33,819 nt of DNA from Octopus bimaculoides (taxonomy: Eukaryota), in assembly GCF_001194135.2 (NCBI RefSeq), contig NC_069003.1:15679019-15712837 (forward strand). Direction: 5' to 3'. Numbering within the stretch: the stretch's first letter is position 1; the number at the start of each line of letters is the position of its first letter. Of the stretch, positions 1 through 10,242 are shown in pieces. The notes under the pieces were generated by a model that was not told where the DNA came from, ran no database searches, and was given only the letters and a program-made list of their open reading frames with translations. The translations under genes and the position numbers were made by a program.

Positions 1-410
1 TATATATATATAATGGAGACGAACACCAATGTTTCTTTGTGATTGACTTGAAAAACTGTTAAGTCATTTCATATCATGAAACCAATGGCAGCATTAATAC
101 ACAAATAAAGTATGTTTAACCACCATGCAGTGTTGAGCTCTCATTCTCATTGTTCGATATTTACGTCTTATATATATGTCTGTGTGAGTGTTATTTTACA
201 GCAAAGACTGACGTTTATGATACTATTTTTTATTCTGTAGTTACAACTGTTTCAGTACAACATGATAAATATATCTTATGGACATAGATATTAATATTGA
301 TATGAATGAAATGAATTCATAATACAATAACATATACACATCCCTTATAATTACCTATCTGTAGTAGTGCTTGATGCGGATAGAGTTCTGATTTTAGTCC
401 ATTATATAGA

Positions 411-582
411 GAGAAAGCAACCAAATCTGCCACAAACCAAAACTCTGAAAAGGGGGTCCAACTGGTTGATACTAGCTCAGGGATCATTATTCTCAAATAG
501 AGACGGGACGGTCATGGCTGGAAATTCTTTGATCATAAATCTTTAGCTGGTTTAGAACCTTTATTGGGCATAAACAATAACA
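411..582 (+). mobile_element. 3' part of a SINE-like dispersed repeat (family C here), ending in an AAC/AAT-like tail
   Basis: 500-537 GAGACGGGACGGTCATGGCTGGAAATTCTTTGATCATA aligns without gaps to 31199-31236 (29/38 by eye). The AGCAACCAAATC segment resembles 8735-8750. Family identity is from recollection of octopus repeats and was not searched. Confidence 0.45.
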
Positions 583-585
583 TTA

Positions 586-712
586 GTGGTAGCAGCAGCC
601 TGCAGTAGCAGAAGCGGAAACAGCAGCAGCAGCTGCGTTAGTAGCGGCAGCAGCAGCAGTAGCAGCAGTAGCAGTAACGGCAGTAGTAACGGCAGAAACA
701 GCAAGAGCAGTA
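586..712. repeat. degenerate (GCA/GTA)n trinucleotide repeat
   Basis: Direct reading: gcagcagc...gcagtagcagcagtagcagtaacggcagtag. Confidence 0.9.
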
Positions 713-957
713 TTGTTAACTAACATGTAAATACACCGTCTTCATTAGCGGGACATTTGCCTTAGCAACTAAACTCCAGTCCGTAATTAATACGTAATTA
801 TTCGATGCCAATAAAACACCTTTCAGAAATAGCAGTAATCATTTAATTAGATTTTTACTTTTAATAGATTCTCTAATTACACTCATAGCCTCGTTAGTCC
901 ATTCCATTAACTACACTACTCTTTCTATCCTCTCCCCCTTCTCTCTCTCCATGTGTA

Positions 958-965
958 TATCATAT

Positions 966-1013
<48 letters not shown>

Positions 1014-1077
1014 CCTTATAAGCAAACCAATACATCATATATATATATATATATATCATATCATATCATATCATATG
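958..1077. repeat. (TA)n tracts plus short (CATAT)n
   Basis: Direct reading. Confidence 0.9.
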
Positions 1078-1594
1078 AGGTGAAATACTTGACATCTCCC
1101 CTTCCAGTAGTTTTAACGAACTTCACCTAACATTTTATGAGACAACGATGCTAGTTGACTGGGGTCAATTAACTTAACAGAAATAGGTGCCGAGATCTTT
1201 CTGAAATCATACCTACATATGTTGCCGTCTGACGAAAACAGAAATAATGGCTAATAGGATCTGAAATACAGTGGATATGAAAAAACAAATAATGGAAAAA
1301 AATGAATGGATGGCCACATGTGAACATCTTTGGTGATAGGTTTCCTAGATAAGAGTTGATACGAGATCAAAGAAAAACAACTGAACAAGTATCCTTCAAA
1401 CCATAGACACCCTACTGCCTTAGAAAAATGGGAATGATGGGCTCTATTCCAAAGTAGAATCCCAGATAGCCTACATCACGAACATCAATACCAACTTTAT
1501 GGAGATCAGATTTTTGAAACCTGAAATGAAATTTACCGGGACCTGAACATGTGACGACAGAAGCTCTAATGGCTCGCCCACATTTAAACTATAT

Positions 1595-1812
1595 TTGTGT
1601 TCACTCAGCTATAGAAATGAGTTGCGACGTCACTAGTGCCAAGCTGTGTCAGCCTTTGCCTTTCCCAGTGGCGTGGAGAGGAGAGTATGGTATGCATGGG
1701 CGACTGCTGGTCTTTCAGAAAACAACCTTGTCCGGACTTGTGCTTCAGAGGGGAACTTTCTGGGTGCAATTCCATGGTTATTCCTTAACGAAAGGGGTCC
1801 TCTCCTCCCTCA
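1595..1812 (+). mobile_element. probable dispersed SINE-like repeat, unclassified
   Basis: GC-richer island with no recognisable protein, ending in a (TAGA)n tail. It resembles an octopus repeat I recall, but there is only one copy in the window, so support is weak. Confidence 0.3.
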
Positions 1813-1825
1813 TAGATAGATAGAT

Positions 1826-1950
1826 AATGAAGAGCGATTGAATCAACTTCTTCATGAAAATCCAGGTCAAACGACCAGAGAATTGGGAGAACAGATGGAT
1901 TGTGATAAAGAAAAAAATCTGTGATGAACCACCTTCAGTCAATGGTATGA
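1826..1950 (+). mobile_element. mariner transposase fragment (second HTH region), inverted relative to the rest of the element
   Basis: Translates NEERLNQLLHENPGQTTRELGEQMDCD, then after a frameshift VMNHLQSM. This matches the mariner N-terminal pattern 'L...NP.QTTRELA..L......V..HL..MG'. Confidence 0.85.
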
Positions 1951-2343
1951 TTCATTGAACTCAATTGGTCGACCGTTGTGTGATCCGTCCATAAAGTCGA
2001 AGTTCACGTTTTTGAAGCGGAAAACACAACGGCGGGCGGTACTTTGAGGCATTGCTCCTTCTCCATACACAGCACAAATCTCACGAACAGCTTCGGCGGT
2101 CTAAACACCGCCATTAAATTCAAAAAGCAAATGGTGTCGAAAATGCTCAGTTTTGTCCACTTGACATTCCATTTTAACGATCTGAAACTACACAAAAATC
2201 AATAAAATTAAAAAATCAAAACACTATCTTGTAGAGCAAACGATTCTCTTTTAAACAACATAAAACGTTTTGCCATTGCGTTTATTTCTGCGTACATTTT
2301 TCAATTTAAAAAAGACGCCCATGAATTATTATTCAACCCAATA
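1951..2343 (-). mobile_element. mariner element 5' end: TA + TIR + 5' UTR + transposase N-terminus (pseudogene)
   Basis: Minus strand from ATG at 2172 gives MECQVDKTEHFRHHLLFEFNGGV*TAEAVREICAVYGEGAMPQSTARRCVFRFKNVNFDFMDGSHNGRPIEFNE (mariner first HTH and GRP linker). The terminus TA|TTGGGTTGAATAATAATTC at 2343-2323 resembles mariner TIR starts (TA|TTAGGTTGG...). Confidence 0.9.
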
Positions 2344-2497
2344 CATACATACATATATATATATATGTATACATATATATTCATATATATATATACATGA
2401 GTATATATATATATACACACATATGTATATATATATATATTTCCATTCTTCCCGAGCGTCAAATTAATACACGTGCTTTTTGTTTTTGTAATTTGAA

Positions 2498-2532
<35 letters not shown>

Positions 2533-2567
2533 TGTGCGTGGCTTTGTGTTTGTTTGCCGCCCAGATA

Positions 2568-2608
<41 letters not shown>

Positions 2609-2610
<2 letters not shown>

Positions 2611-2695
2611 GTACTGGGTTCTAAAATCCTTCCAGGTGCTGCCACAGTATGACCGCAATCCATTTACTGAAAAAAAGTGAAAAATGAAGGGTAAA
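2609..2695 (+). mobile_element. tRNA-derived SINE family A, decayed 3' fragment
   Basis: aagtactgggtt...ggtgctgccacagtatgaccgcaatc...actgaaa resembles the 3' end of the full copies at 9583-10105 and 31240-31622. Confidence 0.6.
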
Positions 2696-2959
2696 AGAAG
2701 ACATATTAAAATATTTAATTAAAATAAAGCATCGGGTTTGCTTATCTGCAAACTAAATGGTTCTACACATTTTTCTGACTCTTTGATTCCGTTCTTTATT
2801 CAGTGATTGCTTACTTAAGAGAAATTTGTAACGAAGACAAAGAGACAGGAGGACGGATCGTTTCACGAACATGATAACAAAATTGGGGACTAGCCAGCTA
2901 AGTCGACCACCGAAACTGCATTTGGACTCAGAGAACAAATTTATTCTTTCATTCTTTCA

Positions 2960-3045
2960 GAGGATTTGAACTCAGAATCTAATGAAGAAATAGCTCAATA
3001 CACAGTTGCAACGTTGTCTTCAGTTTACAACCGTCAGCCATATCA
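2960..3045 (-). mobile_element. SINE family B, decayed tRNA-like head
   Basis: GGATTTGAACTCAGAA (reverse complement of a B-box, GAGTTCAAATCC) also occurs at 30392-30407. Confidence 0.4.
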
Positions 3046-3224
3046 AAAATGGTGGTAAAGTTTGTCAGAAACAAATCATGAAGGTCAAAGGTTACGCGAT
3101 TGTACTAAGTGTTCGCTAAAGATTTTTCATTATTATTTTACATTCACTTTCTCACTCACTCACTCTCGTCATCTGATTCTCTCATTGTATCTCTATTTTT
3201 CTCTAGTTCTCATTACCTCTCTCT

Positions 3225-3330
3225 CACTCTTTCTCTCTCTCTCTCTCTTCCTCTCTCTCTCTCTCTCTCTCTCTCTTCCTCTTTCTCTCTCTCTCTCTCT
3301 CTCTCTCATTCTTTTTCTCTCTCTCTCTCT
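3225..3330. repeat. (CT)n microsatellite
   Basis: Direct reading. Confidence 0.95.
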
Positions 3331-3557
3331 CCTTTCACAGGAACCCGGTCAGACGTTATATTTGTATCTACCTTTCGATCGAAATGTCTGGTTAAATAAA
3401 TCACACACACATACACACACATTCGCACACACATGCATATGCACAAACATACACACATTCGCACACACACACATATGTACACACACAACCAAGTTATATA
3501 CATTTACATAACGCGTATATGCAAACACAAATATTACACACACACATTCAGACGAAA

Positions 3558-3642
<85 letters not shown>

Positions 3643-4135
3643 AGCGTCAATATCAATACACATACGCACACATACTTATATGCATAAACATTTATATGCG
3701 TATATACATATATATGTAGTTGTATGTGTTGAGTGTATGTATGCATATACACACATATATATACATGTATANNNNNNNNNNNNNNNNNNNNNNNNNNNNN
3801 NNNNNNNNNNNNNNNNNNNNNNNNNNNNNNNNNNNNNNNNNNNNNNNNNNNNNNNNNNNNNNNNNNNNNNNNNNNNNNNNNNNNNNNNNNNNNNNNNNNN
3901 NNNNNNNNNNNNNNNNNNNNNNNNNNNNNNNNNNNNNNNNNNNNNNNNNNNNNNNNNNNNNNNNNNNNNNNNNNNNNNNNNNNNNNNNNNNNNNNNNNNN
4001 NNNNNNNNNNNNNNNNNNNNNNNNNNNNNNNNNNNNNNNNNNNNNNNNNNNNNNNNNNNNNNNNNNNNNNNNNNNNNNNNNNNNNNNNNNNNNNNNNNNN
4101 NNNNNNNNNNNNNNNNNNNNNNNNNNNNNNNNNNN

Positions 4136-4191
<56 letters not shown>

Positions 4192-4310
4192 TGAGGGGAG
4201 TGCGTCCATTTTGAGCTTATCTTTACCACTTGGTTTTGCTTATATCCCTGTAATTAGCGTTTCGACAAATAGAGACTGATAACAGATGCATCAGATTTCT
4301 CATAAATAGT

Positions 4311-4390
4311 GGAGTCGATTAATATGGCAAAAGTCTTCAAACTGGTGTCCAATCATGGCCACAGTTCAATGGCTAAAACATGCAAAAGGG
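4311..4390 (+). mobile_element. SINE family A, 3' fragment
   Basis: ggagtcgatt...aaagtcttcaaactggtgtccaatcatggccacagttcaatggctaaaaca matches the 3' end of the 9583 copy. Confidence 0.6.
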
Positions 4391-4436
4391 ATTTTAAGTT
4401 TCTCTATATAACAGTATCCGGTATAAATATTCGTTG

Positions 4437-4497
4437 ATTGGTTGCTTGGTTGGTTGGTTGGTTGGTTGATTGGTTGGTTGGTTGGTTGGTTGGTTGG
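4437..4497. repeat. (TTGG)n tetranucleotide repeat
   Basis: Direct reading. Confidence 0.95.
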
Positions 4498-4722
4498 TAT
4501 ATTGCAGTTATGCTTTACATGGTATTGAGAACGTGGCAGAAAGAGAGAGAGAGAGAGAGAGAGTAAAAGAGAGATATATGGAGAGAAGGAGAGTTAAGAA
4601 GCGAGAGCTAAGACACAGGATGAGTGCATATACTCGACAAGGCAATGAGTGAAGGAAGGCAACTCACTGAGGCAGCGAGAAATTTATAGCATTTTAACTG
4701 CATTTTAAGATAATCTCTTATA

Positions 4723-5113
4723 TTTCTTTTTATCTCATTTGTTTCAGTAATCGGGCTTAGGGGCTAGCTGCGGGCACAGCCCCAAAGGCTTGTAGTGAGC
4801 AAATCGACCCGCAAGACTAATTTTATTTTCAAGCCTAGAACTTATTCTACTCGTCTCCTTTTACGGAGACGTAAACAAAGCAACACCGGTTGTCACGGTG
4901 GTGGTGGTGGGAGGCAAGCACAAACACCATCACACACATACACATACAAACTCACACACACTCACATACATGGCGGGTTTCTTTCGGTGTCTGTCGATCA
5001 GATCCACTCACAAGGCTTTGGTGGCCCTATGACTATAGTAGCAGGCACTTGCAGAAGGAATCGCGTTGCGGAACTGAGGCCAAGACCACATGGGTGGGAA
5101 GTAAGTTTCTGAC
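4723..5113 (-). mobile_element. SINE family A, near full length
   Basis: The reverse complement follows the 9583-10105 copy: head, CCTTGTGAGTGGAT (plus atccactcacaagg), internal GT tract, GAATAAGT block and GAAACA 3' end. Confidence 0.8.
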
Positions 5114-5789
5114 ACTTAATATTTATTTCTTGATTTTGTATAAGCGCCAAGAAATTTGATGCAAGTTGAATTATAATTATTGTTCGTGTGGCATAATTGC
5201 TGATATAATCCACGGTAGCAAAAGTATACTTCCAGATTTACAGACCATATGATGGGTCACACTCTGGTGAAAGAACGATACCTCTTTAACTGATAACGGT
5301 GTTACTGTTCAGTCATTTATCCCTTAGTGTGTGACAAACGATCCGAAAATGGTAGCAGAATTTTAGTCGTCATCTTGTGATGTCCATGAACATCTGTTGT
5401 TGGTACACGCACAACACATGGGAGTATGTTAAAAAAAGTTTCATGTCTGACCGCAATTTTCGGGGGGGGGGTGTATGTGTGTGTGTGTGCGTGTGCGCGC
5501 GCGTCTGAGTGCGTCTGTGTGCGCGCGCGAGCGTAGGCATCGGAAAATAGCATTGAGGGATAAACAAATCTCATTCAGGCTGGCAATAATCGAACAATCT
5601 CTAAGAACTGGGCAAGAATTCTTTAAGTACATGTGTAAGATAAAATGTCAAACTAAGAAATGTTTTTATGTCAAGTAAAATGTATTACGAATTGGAAATG
5701 TCAATCAAGCTCAAACTTGTGCAACAAATAGAAGAACGAGAGAAATACAAAGTTCAACAGAATATATTTAGTTTAGGCTACGGTGCCAT

Positions 5790-5960
5790 TTTTAATAAAA
5801 TTTCCTTCTTTCTCTGTTAGATATTATTTAATCTAAACTTCACTATTCATTCGTTAATAAAGTTTCCTTTTATGTCAGTTATATTCTTAATTAATTTAGA
5901 CTTTTCTACCGTTTATTAATAAAATTTCCTTTCATCTCTTATATTTTTCAAAAAAATTTT
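5790..5960. repeat. degenerate tandem repeat, 62-bp period, about 3 copies
   Basis: AATAAA(A/G)TTTCCTT starts at 5794, 5856 and 5918, each followed by a TATATT/GATATT-type block. Confidence 0.75.
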
Positions 5961-6076
5961 TTATATCTTACTTCACGTGGATATACTGTAGAAACCCAGA
6001 AAACTGCGGTACTCGACTCAACAGAGCATCTTCTATAGACGTATAGGTTTTATACCAGATTTGTAAATATGTATAC

Positions 6077-6198
6077 ATCCATCCATCCATACATGCATAC
6101 ATACATACATGCATAAATACATACATACATACATACATAGATACATCCATCCATACATACATACATACATACATACATACATACATACATACATACAT
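6077..6198. repeat. (CATA/CATC)n microsatellite
   Basis: Direct reading. Confidence 0.95.
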
Positions 6199-6491
6199 CA
6201 GTTGGTTTCCGAGACCTCTTAGTGGTTTCACGCTATTTAAAATCAAGACCACTGCTATCAACAGGAGCGCCAGAGCATCGAGTTACAGGAAAAGGCTGAC
6301 AGATGTCTGCGATGACAGCACAAAATAACATTGCGTATACAATAGGAAACAACAAGATATAAACAAACAAAGAATGGTGTATATATACGACAGAAAATGC
6401 CTTAAGGCTGTACAATAAGCAAAAGAAATAGTTATATAAGCATGCATACATACATACATACATACATGCATGCGTGTGTGTGTGTGAATAC

Positions 6492-6525
<34 letters not shown>

Positions 6526-6736
6526 TTCAATTAGAGGTTCAATTATCCTCATTAAGGGATAATAATATCCAATGAATTTAGTGGATTTTTACCTATTATT
6601 TATTTTGAATATTAGTTATAATACTAAAAAATAGGTAATTAAATAAACCGAAGTTTATATTTATTTAAGAAAAATAAAAAAAAATGGAGATAAATCAATT
6701 AATTATTATATTTATTAATTACAAAAATAGACATAA

Positions 6737-6820
6737 TCTCTGACAACTGTTTCGATTCAGACATTAAAAATTAATTAAAATAATTAAATCATTATAAAAT
6801 TGAATCTCGTCGGAAGTAGA
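6737..6820 (-). ncRNA. decayed minimal type I hammerhead ribozyme-like motif
   Basis: Minus strand reads TCTACTT-CCGACGA-GATTCA-(41 nt)-TGAATC-GAAAC-AGTT-GTC-AGAGA. The CUGANGA core has one change (U4C), stem II is a perfect 6 bp, GAAA is intact and there is a GUC triplet. Stem I is weak. Confidence 0.6.
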
Positions 6821-6924
6821 AAAAAGATATACCTTTACATTTTTATGTTTTTATGTGTTAAGTGTATGGGACATTGCGGCTAACTAAGTGAGAGGTGTAT
6901 ATTTAGAGAAGTAAATATAGAAAA

Positions 6925-7165
6925 TAATATAATATGCTTTGGGTAAACATTAAAAGTATAAAGAAAAGTAACATATAATATATAGTAATTAACTTTATAT
7001 TTAAGTATCAAATTAATAGAAGGGTAAATATGTTCATAAAGATTTGAGTAATATAATATATTCTGGGTAATCATTAAAAAGTGTAGAGATAAACAATATA
7101 TAGTAATTAACCTTGTATTTAAGTATCATATTAATATTAGGGTAAATATATCTATAAAAATTTAA
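6925..7165. repeat. AT-rich tandem duplication, about 120-bp unit, 2 copies
   Basis: GGGTAA..ATTAAAA.GT recurs at 6941 and 7065. ATATAGTAATTAAC.TT.TATTTAAGTATCA.ATTAATA...GGGTAAATAT recurs with the GGGTAA at 7022 and 7140. Confidence 0.8.
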
Positions 7166-7623
7166 ATAATAACGGTGTATAAATATGTAAGTAAAAATAG
7201 AAAAATAAAATGGGTGGAGTTTTAGGTAAATATATATACTTTTGAAAGCATATATAAATATAAATACGTTCAAATGTTTATACATATAGAAATACATAAA
7301 AATATATAAAAATAAAATAAATGGGTAGATCAATAATCACATCTTTCACATATACCTACATACACGCTCATACATAATAAATACATGTAGTTATCTGTAA
7401 AGAAATAACATGCAAATAATTATAAAATATACCAGAACTTCATACAGACACACAGATATATATATATATGTAAGAACTGATATGTATATATATTTGTGCA
7501 AATAATATATTACTACTTAGATTCAAACCCAAAAGCTTACTTATGTTCAAATAGTGTTCAATGAAAATATAAATATAAATACAGTAGTGAATAAATAAAT
7601 AAAAATGCATTTGCTATACGTAA

Positions 7624-8100
7624 TTACATAATGTTAGTATGTTTTCTAGCAAATAAAAGAGCCCTATTTAACACAGTAGTATTAATAGAGGAATAGTAGT
7701 TTCCAATATCTATCCGTAAGAATTTATATTTATCTTTATTTTGAATATCGGAAAACCAGCTGATTGCTTTTTGTATGTTAGACCATAATTTTATTGTTAT
7801 TTTATTTCTAAGGGTCGGTATATATTTATCTAAAATAATTTTACTAAGTTTACCTAAATCTAATTTCCTTTGACACGTTAATCTAACCTTAGGGTTGGTT
7901 AAGAAATTCTCTTTATGATCTTTAAGTGTGATTCGTGGTCTAATAGGTGTAAAAGGTTCTGCTTTGTCATCAATGTTATACTCAAACATAATCTTCTTTG
8001 CATCTAAATTAATTAATCTAAGAGAGTTCTTGCTAACTATTTTATATTCTTTTGTAATTTCTTTATGGATTAATTTATGGTATGTATCAATGTTTTGTAT
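7624..8100 (-). mobile_element. Penelope-like element reverse transcriptase fragment (N-terminal part of RT)
   Basis: Stop-free frame IQNIDTYHKLIHKEITKEYK...INLDAKKIM...IDDKAE...RITLKDHKENFLTNPKVRL...LGKLSKIILDK...WSNIQKAISWFSDIQNK...FLRIDIGNYYSSIN...LNRALLFA. The KDHK.NF..NP..RL and 'D...Y.SI' motifs are typical of invertebrate PLE RTs. Clade not assigned. Confidence 0.85.
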
Positions 8101-8114
8101 GTATGTATGTATTA

Positions 8115-8278
8115 TGCGACGAGCTTCTGCACAGTTTCCGTCTACCAGGTTAAGTCACAAGGCATTGGTTTACTCAGAGGAACAGTAGAAGACATTTGCC
8201 CAGGGTGCCGCCACACAGTGGGATCAAACCCGAAATCACTTAGTTGCAAAGCGAGCTTCTTAACAACACAGCCATGAC
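8115..8278 (-). mobile_element. SINE family A, 5' half
   Basis: The reverse complement gives TGGCTGTGTTGTTAAGAAGCTCGCTTTGCAAC...GGGTTTGATCCCACTGTGTGGCGGCACCCTGGGCAAATGTCTTCTACT, with A/B-box-like motifs matching the head of the 9583 copy. Confidence 0.8.
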
Positions 8279-8916
8279 ATGGACGGAGATCGCAATGGCT
8301 GACTACCGTTGGCTTTCCATCACATGTAAAATACACATTAGTGATCCTGGAATTTTAGCCAGCTGCTTCATAACTGTCGAAGCAGATATCAACATAGGCT
8401 TTATTTGATTTGACAGATCAAATGCAGAAGAATATTCGAGAAGCTATTATTTCCTTGAATGGATATTTAGACTGGATTTGTGTTACTGTCTTTTAAATGT
8501 TTAGCATAAAATCGTTTAGAAACAGAGAGGAACGAGAGTAGAAGCGACTAGCATCGTTAAAAGATGGCGTGTTCCCCATTCTGGTTGGATACAAAGTGAA
8601 AATTGAGAAGAATCACTGCTGTGTGTCATAAAATTAAAAAGAGTTTCATTTAACTAGCGTATAATAAAAAATGAAAAGTGAAACAGAATGGAGTCATCAA
8701 ACAAGACTTCATATGGCTGTTCCACCTGCTAAAAATAATAGCCAAACGCGCACATGTCACACTATATTGTCTATGATAATAAAAATAGTCCAGATTTGTA
8801 TATTTTTAAGCATATAAGAATCCAGAACACGATTTTTTATTCTCTTTATATTTTTCTTATCAAAAGATCTTGCGCATGATCTGTATACTAGAGTGTTCTA
8901 TATATATCTATATATA

Positions 8917-8959
<43 letters not shown>

Positions 8960-9582
8960 NNNNNNNNNNNNNNNNNNNNNNNNNNNNNNNNNNNNNNNNN
9001 NNNNNNNNNNNNNNNNNNNNNNNNNNNNNNNNNNNNNNNNNNNNNNNNNNNNNNNNNNNNNNNNNNNNNNNNNNNNNNNNNNNNNNNNNNNNNNNNNNNN
9101 NNNNNNNNNNNNNNNNNNNNNNNNNNNNNNNNNNNNNNNNNNNNNNNNNNNNNNNNNNNNNNNNNNNNNNNNNNNNNNNNNNNNNNNNNNNNNNNNNNNN
9201 NNNNNNNNNNNNNNNNNNNNNNNNNNNNNNATATATATACTAAAGAAAAATGTTGGGTAACACAGGATCAGTGCGAGATGAGATATAAAGTAACCTACAA
9301 AAAGTGGAGTTTTACCTTGCTTTTCCCTTTGTTTACATGTCTTTGTTTACATGTCCTAAAAAAGAGATGATAACCCTGAAATATAGAAATATATGGTAAA
9401 CCTTCAAGTTTATTATGTTTCCTTTTTTCTACTTTGCTTTATATCCCATCTCGCATTTTTCCAGCATAACAAGATTCTTCTTCACCCTACCAACACTATT
9501 TTAGCTCAAACATACACACACACATTCACACAAATATGCACACACAATTATATAAATTGTTACAGCAGCGTATATGCAGACT

Positions 9583-10105
9583 GCGCAGGCGTGGCTATAG
9601 GGTAAGGAGCTTGCATCCCAACCACATCGTTCTGGGTTCACACCCACTGCATGGAACTTTGGGCAAGTGTCTTCTACTATGGCCTCGTGACGTCTAAAGC
9701 CTTGTGAGTGGATTTGATAGACGGTCACTGAAAGACCATCGTGTGTGTGTGTGTGTGTGTGACTGGATGTGTGTGTCTGGGTGTGTGTGTGTCTCTGTGT
9801 GTGTGTGTGTGTCTGTGTGTGTGTGTCTCTGTGTGTGTGTGTGCGTGTCTGTGTATGTGTCTGTGTCTCTGTGTGTGTGCGTGTGTGTATGTGTGTGTGC
9901 GCATGTCTGTGTTTGTCCCACTACTATCGCTAGAGTGTGGGAATGTGTTTGCGTCCCCGTAACTTAGCGGTTCCGCAAAATAGTGACCGATAGAATAAGT
10001 ACCAAACTTTAAAAAAATAAGTATTGGGTCGATTCCCTTGATTAAAATGCTTCAAAGTAGTGCCCCAGCTTGGCCGCAGTCGAATGACTGACACACGCAA
10101 ATAAT
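9583..10105 (+). mobile_element. SINE family A, full length, with expanded internal (GT)n tract
   Basis: A-box-like TGGCTATAGGG and B-box-like GGTTCACACCC, then CTTTGGGCAAGTGTCTTCTACTAT, GT tract at about 9740-9910, GACCGATAGAATAAGTAC and GCCCCAGCTTGGCCGCAGTCGAATGACTGA. Collinear with 31240-31622. Confidence 0.85.
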
Positions 10106-10242
10106 AATTAAAAAATATATGTATGCACATAAGCAAAGATCATTAAAAGATCGCCAGTTAAATTAAATATTTGGGGATCTTCATTGGGATACAAGTGAAC
10201 TTTTTAAAACAAAGAGCACAATACTCAACCAGCGAAAGGCTT

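Noticed and set aside
1270-1400. Possible LINE C-terminal remnant (KQIMEK..W.GH...GDRFPR.EL)
   Set aside because: It needs several frameshifts and the motifs are too short to support a call.
5408-5450. GGGAGTATGTTAAAAAAAGTTTC as a mariner-like TIR
   Set aside because: No partner inverted repeat or transposase remnant was found nearby.
8416-8495. Peptide LNGYLDWIC resembling the alpha-interaction domain of voltage-gated calcium channels
   Set aside because: The flanks (NIREAIIS, VTVF*) do not match the QQ.E..L.GY..WI..AE pattern, an in-frame stop follows and there is no proper donor. Probably coincidence.
9590-9650. tRNA genes at SINE heads (also 28511, 31080-31130)
   Set aside because: They have A/B boxes but no complete cloverleaf, and continue into SINE bodies, so they are SINE heads.
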